DNA of 64,000 nucleotides from Cetobacterium sp. Its GTDB lineage: Bacteria > Fusobacteriota > Fusobacteriia > Fusobacteriales > Fusobacteriaceae. The notes beneath the pieces were generated by a model. That model ran no database searches. It was given only the letters and a program-made list of their open reading frames with translations, and was not told the DNA's origin. Position 1 is the stretch's first letter; the number at the start of each line of letters is the position of its first letter. Positions 43,177 to 53,495 of this stretch are shown here, one piece after another. Position numbers and translations under genes: made by a program. The stretch lies in assembly GCF_051649505.1 (NCBI RefSeq), contig NZ_JBOFHF010000039.1; one strand, 5' to 3'.

Positions 43177-44337
43177 ATGAAAAAAATAAAAGTAGGTCTT
43201 TTAGTTGAAGAGTTTTACGATAAAGATTTAGGTGGTTTTGGTGGTTACGGTATATTAGCTAGAGAATATATAGCTAAATACATTCCAAATTCAGAGATTG
43301 AAATAGAGGTTATAATTGGAAGTAATTCTAAAAAAGAGATAAAAACAATAGAAAGAGATAACACTAAAATACATTACCTACCTAAAAATTGGTCTTCGAA
43401 ATTAGATGTAGATTTTATATATTTAAATATGGTAAAAAAATTTTTTAAAGAGCAAAAGTTCGACTTATATTTAAGTATAGAGATGAGTAAAATTGCATAT
43501 GAGGTTATGAAAAGGGAAAAAAATAAAAAGTTGATATTATGGGTGCAAGACCCAAGACCTAAATATGATTGGGAAGAGATAAAGAGTGTTCCTATGTCAA
43601 ATGAATATGATAGCTATTTAAATTACTATAGTAAATGGGAAGGAAGAATACAAGATTTACTTCAAAAATTAGATAGAGAGGATAGATTAGTTATTATATC
43701 TCAAGGTGAATATTTAAAAAAGAAAGCTATTGATCTGTATAAATTACCTGAAAATAAAGAGATTAAATATTTCCCAAATCCAGTAGTAATAACAGAAAAT
43801 TTTAAAATAGAAAATAAAAAATCATCAGTATTATTTTTAGGAAGACTAACACCAGTAAAAAGACCTTGGATATATTTTGAATTAGCTAAAAAATTTAAAG
43901 ATTATACTTTCTATGTTTGTGGTCAAGGAACGGAGATAGATGAAATAATTGAAAAATATAAAGATGTTGAAAATTTAAAATTTATGGGACACGTTTCTGG
44001 AGATGAAAAGGATAGATTATTAAAAGAATCTAAAATACTAGTAAATACTTCAATACATGAAGCCATACCAGTTTCGTTTTTAGAAGCTATATCTTATGGA
44101 TTAAAAATTTTAAGTTGTCAAAATCCAGATGATATAACGAAGAAAAATGGTTATTTTACTGGAACAATTTTAGGAGAGGGAATCTCAGAATTGGAAGAGT
44201 TTGAAAAAGGAATCAGAAACTGTATAGAGAATTATAAAGAGGAAGAGATTTTAAATTCAATAAAAGAAATAAAAGATAAACATAATTTAGAGAAATTTAT
44301 TTCTAATATGAGAGATTTAATAAAAAATGAATTATAA
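43177..44337 (+). CDS. GT4-like glycosyltransferase
   Basis: FLGRLTPVKRP and EAIPVSFLEAISYG GT-B motifs. Confidence 0.8.
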   Translation: MKKIKVGLLVEEFYDKDLGGFGGYGILAREYIAKYIPNSEIEIEVIIGSNSKKEIKTIERDNTKIHYLPKNWSSKLDVDFIYLNMVKKFFKEQKFDLYLSIEMSKIAYEVMKREKNKKLILWVQDPRPKYDWEEIKSVPMSNEYDSYLNYYSKWEGRIQDLLQKLDREDRLVIISQGEYLKKKAIDLYKLPENKEIKYFPNPVVITENFKIENKKSSVLFLGRLTPVKRPWIYFELAKKFKDYTFYVCGQGTEIDEIIEKYKDVENLKFMGHVSGDEKDRLLKESKILVNTSIHEAIPVSFLEAISYGLKILSCQNPDDITKKNGYFTGTILGEGISELEEFEKGIRNCIENYKEEEILNSIKEIKDKHNLEKFISNMRDLIKNEL

Positions 44338-44361
44338 GATTTAGGGATTTGAGGGGGGATA

Positions 44362-45576
44362 ATGCATAATATTGTTATAAGAAGCGGAAGTCTCCGAATG
44401 GGAGGACTTGAAAGAGTATTGATAGATACTCTAAATATTATTGATAGAGAAAAATATACAGTAACGCTAATTATAGAGGATGATTGTGAAGAGGAAAATA
44501 TTTTCGCAGAGGATATTCCAAAAGATGTAGAGCTATATTTTATAAAGCCCAAAGCTATGATAGACAAAACTCACAGTTATAGAGTTAAGAGGAAAAAATG
44601 TATTTTATCAAAGATATTGTATAACTACAATATGCATCTAGAACACAAGTTCACATTGAAAAGAACTTTAGAAATTTTAGATAAAATAAAAGATAAGCAT
44701 GGAGAGATTGATCTTTTCATAGATTATGACTGGGGAGCTACAAGATATATTCATAAGTTAGAAGTTAAAAATAAGGTTGTATGGATACATAACTCGATTA
44801 AAAATCTTATGAAAAAAGAGAGTAAGATAAGACGTTTTGGAAGACGTTTAAAAAAATATGATTATATTGTAAATATCTGTGATGAGATGAAAGTTGAAAC
44901 AGAAAATTTATATCCATTTTTAAAAGGGAAGGTTAAAAGAGTTTATAATCCTTTAGATTATAAAAAAATAGAGAAACTATCTTTAGATGAAAGTGAATTG
45001 ACAGATAAAGATAAAGAGTTAATTAAAGAGGAATATATTTTAGCTGTTTCAAGGTTAGATACAGTTCAAAAAGACTATGAAACTTTATTAAAAGCTTTAA
45101 AAGTCGCTTTAGAAAATGGTTTTAGCAAGAAATTGTATATTCTAGGTGATGGTCCAGATAGAGACGAGATAGAAAAAATAGCAGCAGAGTTTAATCTTAA
45201 AGATAGAGTAGTATTTTTAGGAAGAAAAAAGAATCCATATATCTGGATGAAAAATTGCTCTTTCTTTGTTCATAGCTCAAAGTATGAGGGGTTTGGATTG
45301 GTATTAGCAGAAGCTATGGGCTTAGGAAAAGCTGTAGTTTCATCAAATTGCAGTGTTGGACCAAAAGAGATTTTAGAGTTTGGTAAGTCAGGAGCTCTTT
45401 TTGGAGTTGGAAATTTTAAAGAGTTAGAAGAGATACTTTTAAAGTTAGAAAATAATAAAAAGTTGATAGATGAGCTCGCAGAAAATGCAAAAGTGAGATC
45501 AGAAGAGTTTAGTTTTGAAAATATAGGAGAGAGATTAGATGAGCTCTTTAATTATGTTTTAGGGGAGAAAAAATGA
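44362..45576 (+). CDS. GT4 glycosyltransferase (paralog of 41968-43161)
   Basis: RSGSLRMGGLERVL, DYDWGA, AVSRLDTVQKDYETL and EGFGLVLAEAM. Confidence 0.88.
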   Translation: MHNIVIRSGSLRMGGLERVLIDTLNIIDREKYTVTLIIEDDCEEENIFAEDIPKDVELYFIKPKAMIDKTHSYRVKRKKCILSKILYNYNMHLEHKFTLKRTLEILDKIKDKHGEIDLFIDYDWGATRYIHKLEVKNKVVWIHNSIKNLMKKESKIRRFGRRLKKYDYIVNICDEMKVETENLYPFLKGKVKRVYNPLDYKKIEKLSLDESELTDKDKELIKEEYILAVSRLDTVQKDYETLLKALKVALENGFSKKLYILGDGPDRDEIEKIAAEFNLKDRVVFLGRKKNPYIWMKNCSFFVHSSKYEGFGLVLAEAMGLGKAVVSSNCSVGPKEILEFGKSGALFGVGNFKELEEILLKLENNKKLIDELAENAKVRSEEFSFENIGERLDELFNYVLGEKK

Positions 45577-46829
45577 AAATTAGCAGAGAACACTACGGAA
45601 AAATAGAGGAGATACTACTATATCTGATAGGATTATCATTGTTTGTAAGTTATGATATTTCTAAAATATTAGCGTCAGTAACAATATTGGTGCTAATAGG
45701 AAGAAAAGTATTATATAAAGAACCGCTAGATTGTGGAAATGAAAATATTAAAAAATTTATAATTGGATATATTTTAATAGGAATAGTTTGGAATTTTATA
45801 GGTGGAATGAGTTATAAACCGGTTAGAAACTTTTTAAAAATGTCTAGGTATATGCCATTTGTATTTTTCCTATATCCACTATTTCAAAAAAAGAGCGAAC
45901 TTTTCAATAGATTCTTAATTTGTGGACTGGGAAGTTATCTTATACTTTTAGGGAAGGTGATATCAGTATATAAAAAAAATCCTTTTGGAAGAGTACAGGT
46001 GTTTGAAGGGGTAAACCCAACCGGAACTATGGGTGCTATGGTTGCAGTTTTTAGTTTTGGTTTATTTATTTCAGAGAGGAATATGTTAAAAAAAATAGGG
46101 TATATATTAATTTATATATCAGGAATATTTATAACTGTAGCAACACAGGGACGTGCGCCATTAGTTGGAGCTCTATTAGGAACAGGATTGATAGTGTTAC
46201 TAGAGTTATACTCAAATTTCAATATAAAAAAGATGTTGTTTTTATTGAGTGCAGTTTTAATATTGGGATTTGCGGGAATAAAAGCTATTCCAGCTCAGAA
46301 ATTAGCTAGATTTAAAACAGCTTTTAATACAGAAAAAACAGCAAGGAATGCTTCGAATGGCTTAAGAATGGATATGTGGAGAATTGGAATAAAAAGAGTA
46401 AAGGAAAATCCAATATTCGGTTCAGGAACTAAATTTGATAAGGAGAATCTATTTAAAAAATTTGCAGAGGAGTTACCCCAAAATACACCTGTAGAGAAAA
46501 GCTATAGAAATACTCTTTTGACAAAAGGTTTTAATGATGCTCATAGTATGTATATAAACGCAGCTGTAGATAATGGAATATATGTAGTTTCTTTAATTAT
46601 TCTTTGGTTTGTAATGCCGGTATATTTAGTTATAAAAAATATAAAAAGTTTAGAGGATAAAAGATATCTTTTAGGAGCAGTAGGAGCAGTAGTTGCGTAC
46701 TTAACTGTAGGAACTTTCTGGATGCTTTGGAGAACACCAGAACAGATGTATTTCTGGATTTTATTAACAATTCTGTTGAGTACAGTTTACCAAAAAGAGA
46801 AAATAGAAATTAGTAGAGCTCGGGATTAA
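45573..46829 (+). CDS. waaL: O-antigen ligase
   Basis: Multi-TM protein with TQGRAP, SNGLRMDMW, NPIFGSG and DAHSMY ligase motifs. Confidence 0.85.
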   Translation: MKISREHYGKIEEILLYLIGLSLFVSYDISKILASVTILVLIGRKVLYKEPLDCGNENIKKFIIGYILIGIVWNFIGGMSYKPVRNFLKMSRYMPFVFFLYPLFQKKSELFNRFLICGLGSYLILLGKVISVYKKNPFGRVQVFEGVNPTGTMGAMVAVFSFGLFISERNMLKKIGYILIYISGIFITVATQGRAPLVGALLGTGLIVLLELYSNFNIKKMLFLLSAVLILGFAGIKAIPAQKLARFKTAFNTEKTARNASNGLRMDMWRIGIKRVKENPIFGSGTKFDKENLFKKFAEELPQNTPVEKSYRNTLLTKGFNDAHSMYINAAVDNGIYVVSLIILWFVMPVYLVIKNIKSLEDKRYLLGAVGAVVAYLTVGTFWMLWRTPEQMYFWILLTILLSTVYQKEKIEISRARD

Positions 46830-46850
46830 AAAATCCCTAGCTCTTTTTTT
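46815..46850 (+). terminator. Terminator of the core cluster
   Basis: AGAGCT.GGGATT/AATCCC.AGCTCT stem with a T-run. Confidence 0.8.
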
Positions 46851-46964
46851 AATTTTTCAGAGTAGAAATCAACAATGCTAGAGCATATTTAATAGTCTTT
46901 TAGAAAATTTTGATGAATCCCTGCAGTAACTTCACACTCACAAATAAACATAAATTAGAGAGTT

Positions 46965-46991
46965 GGTCTAGGAAATATCCTAGACCTTTTT
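46965..46991 (+). terminator. Orphan intrinsic terminator in the waaL-wzz spacer
   Basis: GGTCTAGGA-AATA-TCCTAGACC followed by TTTTT. Confidence 0.65.
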
Positions 46992-47174
46992 AATTATTCT
47001 AAATTTACATCATATAATCAGAACCAAAGTTACTAATACGGGACAAATAAATTTACAAAATGATACTTATTGAAGGTTTTTTAAGAAAAAATAAAAAAAC
47101 TTCTAGTTTTTTTCTTAATTAAAAAATGCTATAATGTTTAAGGAAAATAAAAAATTAAAAGGAGAAGGGGAAGA

Positions 47175-49547
47175 ATGAACCGTGAAGTTTCTACAGAATT
47201 TAGACGTGACGATGATGAGATTGATTTAATCGAGTTATTGATGATACTGGTAAGAGAGAAAAAAACTATATTTATAACTGTAATTATAGTTACACTTCTA
47301 TCGTTAGGGGGAGCGCTTTTTGAAAGAAATGTTTCTAAAAAAGCGGAAATAATATTAACACCAAAAAGTTCGACGTTTAAAGAGAGTAACTTTTTGATAG
47401 CTGGTGTACTAGAAAAAGTATATTCTGAAAATGATATTAGAGTTAATCAGAAAATATCATTGGATGAATTCCGTGGAGAGTTTAAAATCGAGGGCATTAT
47501 ACCAAAAGCTATTGAAGATAAAAAGGCATTTTTAGCTAAGAGTGGAGAAACACTTACATATACTCCAACATCATATAAGATAAGTTTAAGAGTTGGTAGT
47601 ATTTCAGAAAGTGAAAGAGTACTACAAAACTATGTGGAGAATTTAAACTCTTACTATAGAGAACAACGTGAATCAACATATAGATTTAAAGAGTTTGATC
47701 CTGGGATATTAGAGGATGATAGATACAACTATCAAGATTATCTGAGAATATTAGAGGCTAGAAAATCTGCTTTAATAGATCTGATAGCGGGAAGAGAAAA
47801 CTCTAGATTAAACTATGTTTCTTATGGTTTTGGATATAGAAAGATAAAAATAGCACTTGATAATTTAGAATCAATTAGAATACAAGAGCTAAAAAACTAC
47901 CTTTTAGCAACAAATATAGTTAGAAATAAAGAGAAGTTTGAAAGTGAATTTATAAATAAAAAATTTAAAATAGAAAATAGTATTAAAGAGAAAAAAGAGC
48001 AAGCAGTCAACTACAAAGCTTTAGTAGATAACTATAAGTTTGAAAACAATCAGATGGTTGTTCCAAAGGGTGTAAAAATATCTTTAGGAGATAACGTTAG
48101 AGAGAGATACTATACAGAACTTATGTCAAACTACTTAAAAGCTGAGAGTGAAGTTCTTAGTCTTCAAGAGGAGTTAAAAGAGTTAATCTATATAAATAAA
48201 AACTTAAGAATCGCTACTGAGGATGAGAAAGACTATATAATACATAGATTGAAGATGATAATAGCTGATTATAACTCTATAGTAAGTCAAGCAAATAGAT
48301 TAGAAGCAAAAGAGAACTATATAGATAATGGAAAATTAATACAGATAGCTGCTCCAGCAGAGATAGTATCAAATTCAAAAGCTAAATTGATATTGGCAGT
48401 AGGAGTTGTAATGGGAGTATTCTTAGGAGTTATGATGGCATTTATTAAAAACTTCTACTCATCGTTTAAAAATGCGAGTAAGGGATTATTAGCAATAGGG
48501 ATGTTCTTCTTTATAGGTGTAAACTCATATTCTAAAGAGGAAGTGGTAATAGGATTTACTCACAAAGAGATGGCATCTGGATTAAATCCAGATAAAACTC
48601 CTTTTGATTTAAATGAGGTTTTATTAAAGGGATATTTAGTAGATGAGTTAGGATTACCAATAAGTAAAATGAAGGATGTAAACATTTCACCAATATTTCC
48701 AAATAGTAGCTTGAAATCTGTAGAGAGTAGATTGAAATCTGGAGAGAGTGGATATCTTTATGTACCAACAGAGTATAGAGTAACTCTGGATTTAAAAGAT
48801 TCTAAAATGGAAAAAGAGATGAAGGAGAAAATTGAATTATATTTCCCAACATTTTATATAAACTATTTCCTAGAGATAAGTACAGGAAAACATCCAGATT
48901 ATTTAGAGCAATATGGTAACTATAGAGATACGATAAAGGCTTTAAGCAATATGATAAGTGGATTAAATGCTGAGATTGAGCAAAGAAAAGCTAACGCTGC
49001 TACAAAAGAGATATTTTATGAGTATAATAACCTAGGAGTAGAGCTAAGTAAAACGAGTGATGTGAGATATAGAGATACAGTTAACTTTATAAGATCTAAC
49101 CATCTAGTAAGAGACATCACATTAGAGAAGATATTTTTAACAGGGGAGAACAGATATATAAATCTGACATTGGATTCTTTAGCTAGTAAAAAGAAGACAT
49201 ACGTAAATATATTGAAAAACTACTCTACTGGAGAGCGTAGTGCTTCAATTTTAGAGAGTGGAGATCTAGCTATGAGCGCTGATTCTGGACTTCGTGAGAA
49301 GCAGTATATAGATATAACAAAAACATATGTAGATAATCTTAATAATGAAAATAGTTTAAAGATTAAACTTATAGAGAATGAGCGTAACTTTAAAGAGATG
49401 AGATTACCTACAGAATTAGAGATGGACAGATTGAAAAAAGAGTTTAAAGATATACAAGATGAGTTAAACTCGATTGTAGATAGAATGGTAGCTGTAGAGC
49501 TAAAAGATTATAGAAGAGAGTACGTAGGAAGCGTAAAAGTATTTTAA
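47175..49547 (+). CDS. wzz: Wzz-like polysaccharide co-polymerase with an extra, duplicated C-terminal domain
   Basis: DEIDLIELLMIL...KK.IFITVIIVT N-terminus and a Gly-rich second TM (GVVMGVFLGV), followed by about 350 extra residues resembling the first periplasmic domain. Confidence 0.7.
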   Translation: MNREVSTEFRRDDDEIDLIELLMILVREKKTIFITVIIVTLLSLGGALFERNVSKKAEIILTPKSSTFKESNFLIAGVLEKVYSENDIRVNQKISLDEFRGEFKIEGIIPKAIEDKKAFLAKSGETLTYTPTSYKISLRVGSISESERVLQNYVENLNSYYREQRESTYRFKEFDPGILEDDRYNYQDYLRILEARKSALIDLIAGRENSRLNYVSYGFGYRKIKIALDNLESIRIQELKNYLLATNIVRNKEKFESEFINKKFKIENSIKEKKEQAVNYKALVDNYKFENNQMVVPKGVKISLGDNVRERYYTELMSNYLKAESEVLSLQEELKELIYINKNLRIATEDEKDYIIHRLKMIIADYNSIVSQANRLEAKENYIDNGKLIQIAAPAEIVSNSKAKLILAVGVVMGVFLGVMMAFIKNFYSSFKNASKGLLAIGMFFFIGVNSYSKEEVVIGFTHKEMASGLNPDKTPFDLNEVLLKGYLVDELGLPISKMKDVNISPIFPNSSLKSVESRLKSGESGYLYVPTEYRVTLDLKDSKMEKEMKEKIELYFPTFYINYFLEISTGKHPDYLEQYGNYRDTIKALSNMISGLNAEIEQRKANAATKEIFYEYNNLGVELSKTSDVRYRDTVNFIRSNHLVRDITLEKIFLTGENRYINLTLDSLASKKKTYVNILKNYSTGERSASILESGDLAMSADSGLREKQYIDITKTYVDNLNNENSLKIKLIENERNFKEMRLPTELEMDRLKKEFKDIQDELNSIVDRMVAVELKDYRREYVGSVKVF

Positions 49548-49562
49548 TAGAGGGGGGAAAAG

Positions 49563-51410
49563 GTGTTTAGAGAGAATATAATAACCGAACTATTTTCAAA
49601 TAAGAGAAATATAGTTAAGTTAGGAATAGACCTATTATCAGTAGTGGCTGGAATCTTTCTAGGCCTTTTAGTGAGATTCGAGAATAGGTTTTTAGAAAAT
49701 ATTCATGAGAGCTACTTCTTAGTATATGGAGTAGCCTTTTTGGCTATTTATCTTTTTAGAAAAAATGGATTGAAAAGTTGGAGCTATACAAATTCGTTAG
49801 ATGTACTAAATTTAGCGTTTACGAATCTAGTAGCTTTAATGATAACTCTTTCATACTATGCTGTATTGAGAGAGAGTTACTCTAGAACAGTTGTGCTAGT
49901 GGGATTTGTAATGATACTTATGCTACAACTACTTTGGAGATTTTTCTTTAGGTTAAATAGATCGTATAAGGTTATGCTGAGTAAAAATAAGCCTAAGATG
50001 AATACCTTAGTATATGGAGCTGGAGATGCGGGTGTTGCTCTTATTAGAGATGGACTAACAAATCCGAACTACCCATATCATATTACTGCTATCTTAGATG
50101 ACGATAGACGTAAGCGTGGGACATATATAAGTGGAGTAAAGGTGTTTGGAGATTTCTATGATCTTGCGGATGTTGTGAGAGAGCAGAGTATTGAGATGGT
50201 GATAATAGCTATTCCAACTATAAAAAGAGAGCGTATAAAAGAGATAATTGATTTAACAAAGTGTTGTAGTGATGTAAAAGTTAAAATTTTGCCTGGGTTA
50301 GATGATATTCTTCAAGATGAGAATATAGCTAATCAGGTAAGAGATGTAAGTATAGAGGATCTACTTGGAAGAGAGCAGGTCTTAGTGAATGGAGATAATA
50401 TAAAAGATATTATCGAGGATAAAGTTGTATTTGTAACTGGTGGAGCGGGAAGTATTGGAAGTGAGCTAGCACGTCAAATAGCTAGATACAAACCAAAAAA
50501 ACTAGTTACGATAGATGTAAATGAAAACGATCTTTACTTTTTAGAGCTAGAGCTTAAAAGAGCTTTTAAAGATCTCGACTTACAAAGTGAGATTTGTAAC
50601 ATCAGAGAAGAGGATAAGGTTGAGTTACTTTTCAATAGATATAATCCAAATATAGTTTTCCATGCAGCTGCTCATAAACATGTGCCGTTGATGGAGCACA
50701 ACCCAGAGGAAGCTATAAAGAACAATATATTTGGAACTAAAAAAGTTGCAGAGATGGCTATAAAGTATGGAGCAGAAAGATTTGTATTAATCTCTACAGA
50801 TAAAGCTGTTAACCCAACAAATATAATGGGAGCAACAAAAAGAGCTTGTGAGATTGTGGTTGAATCGATGAATGGAAAGAGCGATACAAAGTTTATGGCT
50901 GTAAGGTTTGGAAATGTTTTAGGAAGTAATGGTTCGGTTATTCCAATATTTAAAAAGCTGATAAGCGAAGGGAAAAACTTAACGCTGACTCACCCAGATA
51001 TCACAAGATACTTTATGACAATCCCAGAAGCAGCTCAACTTGTTATAGAAGCTGGATCGCTTGGAAAGGGCGGAGAGCTATTTATCCTAGATATGGGAGA
51101 GCCTGTAAAAATAATTGATCTAGCTCGTACTATGATAAAGCTATCGAATGCTGATGTGGATATCGAGATAGTTGGACTACGTCCTGGTGAGAAACTTTAT
51201 GAAGAGTTGCTTTATGATGTAAGTGCAGCGCTGAAAACAGAGAACAACAAAATCTTTATAACTAAAATTGACCCTATGGATATTCAGTTAGATTATCATT
51301 TAGAAAAACTAGCAGCAGCTATTAAGGCTCCAGAAAAAGAGAATCTTAAAACTCTTATGAAAGAGTTTGTGATTACTTATAAAGAAGCACCTTTAGAGGT
51401 TAAAAGCTAA
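49563..51410 (+). CDS. PglF/CapD/WbpM-family UDP-GlcNAc 4,6-dehydratase
   Basis: N-terminal TMs, VYGAGDAG, VTGGAGSIGSEL, HAAAHKHVP, STDKAVNP and VRFGNVLGS. Confidence 0.93.
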   Translation: MFRENIITELFSNKRNIVKLGIDLLSVVAGIFLGLLVRFENRFLENIHESYFLVYGVAFLAIYLFRKNGLKSWSYTNSLDVLNLAFTNLVALMITLSYYAVLRESYSRTVVLVGFVMILMLQLLWRFFFRLNRSYKVMLSKNKPKMNTLVYGAGDAGVALIRDGLTNPNYPYHITAILDDDRRKRGTYISGVKVFGDFYDLADVVREQSIEMVIIAIPTIKRERIKEIIDLTKCCSDVKVKILPGLDDILQDENIANQVRDVSIEDLLGREQVLVNGDNIKDIIEDKVVFVTGGAGSIGSELARQIARYKPKKLVTIDVNENDLYFLELELKRAFKDLDLQSEICNIREEDKVELLFNRYNPNIVFHAAAHKHVPLMEHNPEEAIKNNIFGTKKVAEMAIKYGAERFVLISTDKAVNPTNIMGATKRACEIVVESMNGKSDTKFMAVRFGNVLGSNGSVIPIFKKLISEGKNLTLTHPDITRYFMTIPEAAQLVIEAGSLGKGGELFILDMGEPVKIIDLARTMIKLSNADVDIEIVGLRPGEKLYEELLYDVSAALKTENNKIFITKIDPMDIQLDYHLEKLAAAIKAPEKENLKTLMKEFVITYKEAPLEVKS

Positions 51411-51937
51411 TGGAAAAGGTAATTTTAATAGGAGCTGGGGGACATGCTAGAGTGCTAGTAGATGCAGCTCTTCATGATGAAAATATTGAGATAGTTGGAT
51501 TTTTAGATGATGGAGATATAGATGAGATACTAGGAATTAAAAAACTTGGAAATACCTCGGAAATAGAAAAATTTAGAAACTATAAGTTTCATATAGCAAT
51601 AGGAAACAACAATTTAAGAGAGCAGTTAGGAGCTGAGATAGGTTCTGAAAAGTTGGTAACAATAGTTCATCCTGCCGCTTATATATCGAGAGATGTACAG
51701 ATAGGAAAAGGGTGTTATATTGGAGCAAATGCTGTTATCAATTCAAAAACAATAGTAGAGGATATGGTGATAGTAAATACCAAAAGTGTGGTTGAACATG
51801 ACTGTATCTTAAAAAAGGGGGCTCATCTATCTTATGGGGTGCTTTTAGGAAGCTCTGTGAAAGTGGATGAGAAAGTTTATATAGAGATGGGAAGCGTAGT
51901 GCAAAGAGGAATAAAAGTAGAAAGGGATATAAGATGA
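51410..51937 (+). CDS. PglD/NeuD-family hexapeptide-repeat acetyltransferase
   Basis: IGAGGHARV, AIGNN and IVHPAA followed by left-handed beta-helix repeats. Confidence 0.85.
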   Translation: MEKVILIGAGGHARVLVDAALHDENIEIVGFLDDGDIDEILGIKKLGNTSEIEKFRNYKFHIAIGNNNLREQLGAEIGSEKLVTIVHPAAYISRDVQIGKGCYIGANAVINSKTIVEDMVIVNTKSVVEHDCILKKGAHLSYGVLLGSSVKVDEKVYIEMGSVVQRGIKVERDIR

Positions 51938-52608
51938 AAAGGTTATTTGATATAGTTGCATCATTAGTAGGTTTAATAGTTTTTTTACCACTGATGATAG
52001 TAGTTGGAATAATAGTTAAAATGACATCACCTGGACCGATTCTTTTCTCTCAAAAGCGTTTAACAAAAGGGATGAGAGAGTTTTCAATCTATAAGTTCCG
52101 TAGTATGACGAGCAATGAGGCGAGAGAGAAAAATACAGTTCAGATAAAAGGAAGCTCAAGTGAGATAACACCTATCGGAAAGTTTATGAGAAAAACTAAG
52201 ATAGATGAGTTACCACAATTCTGGAATATTTTAAAAGGGGATATGAGCTTTATAGGTCCAAGACCAGAGCTACCTAGACGTTTGAAATATTATGATGAGA
52301 GACAAAAAGGGATATTCGCCCTTCGTAGTGGAATATCATCTCCAGCAAGTATAGTATTTTCAGATGAGGAGTACTTGATGAATCAGGTGCAGGATCCGGA
52401 GAAGTTCTATATAGAACAAATAATGCCATATAAAATAGAGTTAAATCTTTATTATATAAAACATCAAAGCTTCTTTTATGATATCTGGCTTATAATAGCA
52501 ACACTATTAAAGATAGTTAACAGAGTTAAGAATGAGGATGTTGTAAAAGATAAAGAACTTCTATTAAAAAGAGAGAAGATGGTATCTAAGATAGGAGTTG
52601 AGTATTAA
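51934..52608 (+). CDS. Monotopic phosphoglycosyl transferase (PglC/WbaP C-terminal type)
   Basis: KRLFDI, KFRSM, IDELPQ and GDMSFIGPRP. Confidence 0.92.
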   Translation: MKRLFDIVASLVGLIVFLPLMIVVGIIVKMTSPGPILFSQKRLTKGMREFSIYKFRSMTSNEAREKNTVQIKGSSSEITPIGKFMRKTKIDELPQFWNILKGDMSFIGPRPELPRRLKYYDERQKGIFALRSGISSPASIVFSDEEYLMNQVQDPEKFYIEQIMPYKIELNLYYIKHQSFFYDIWLIIATLLKIVNRVKNEDVVKDKELLLKREKMVSKIGVEY

Positions 52609-53495
52609 TGAAGAAGACTCTACTAATAACAGGAGCCAGCGGATTTATAGGCAGTAACTTTATAAAAAAGTATGAGCATGAATACAATATAATACCTGTC
52701 TGCTTAATAGAAAAATCACCAGAAGAGCTAGATTTTACTGGAGTGGATACAATACTTCACTTAGCTGCCTTAGTTCACCAGATGAAGGGAGCGCCAGAAG
52801 AGAGATATTTTGAAATCAACACTGAGTTGACTAAAAGATTAGCAGTTAAGGCTAAAGAGGCTGGAGTAAAGCATTTTGTGTTTTATTCTACAGTAAAGGT
52901 TTATGGATTTGATGGGGATTTAAATAACCATGATTTTGTATTGACAGAGAACTCTCCTTGCAATCCAAACGATCCGTATGGAGCTAGTAAATATGAAGCT
53001 GAAAAATTGCTAAGAGCTTTAGAAGATGAAAGTTTTAAAGTTGCAACAATAAGACCTCCTATGGTTTATGGAGAGGGAGTAAAAGGTAATATGCTGAGTT
53101 TAATAAAACTTATAGATAAGTTACCGATTATACCTTTGGGATATGATAAAAATAGAAGAAGTGTTATTAGTACAGAAAATTTACTGTATATGACTCACTT
53201 AATAATTCAAAAATCAGCAGATGGAATATACCTAGGAACAGAGGGTAATCCAGTATCTATTAATGAGATAGCTACTTCTATACAAAAGGGATTAGGAAAA
53301 AATAGAATAAACATAGAATTACCAAAGTTTGTATTCAAAATTCTATGTAAAGTAAAACCCGATATAATGGTACGTCTATTTGGAACTCTGGCTTTTAAGC
53401 AAGAGGATAATTATACTAAAATAGGCTATAAATCACAAAATACTATGGATAATGCGATAAAGATAATGATTGGGGATTATAAAAATGCAAAATAA
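52608..53495 (+). CDS. NAD-dependent epimerase/reductase (WbpV/WbpK-like 4-keto-sugar reductase)
   Basis: ITGASGFIG, HLAALVH, YGASK and RPPMVYG. Confidence 0.85.
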   Translation: MKKTLLITGASGFIGSNFIKKYEHEYNIIPVCLIEKSPEELDFTGVDTILHLAALVHQMKGAPEERYFEINTELTKRLAVKAKEAGVKHFVFYSTVKVYGFDGDLNNHDFVLTENSPCNPNDPYGASKYEAEKLLRALEDESFKVATIRPPMVYGEGVKGNMLSLIKLIDKLPIIPLGYDKNRRSVISTENLLYMTHLIIQKSADGIYLGTEGNPVSINEIATSIQKGLGKNRINIELPKFVFKILCKVKPDIMVRLFGTLAFKQEDNYTKIGYKSQNTMDNAIKIMIGDYKNAK

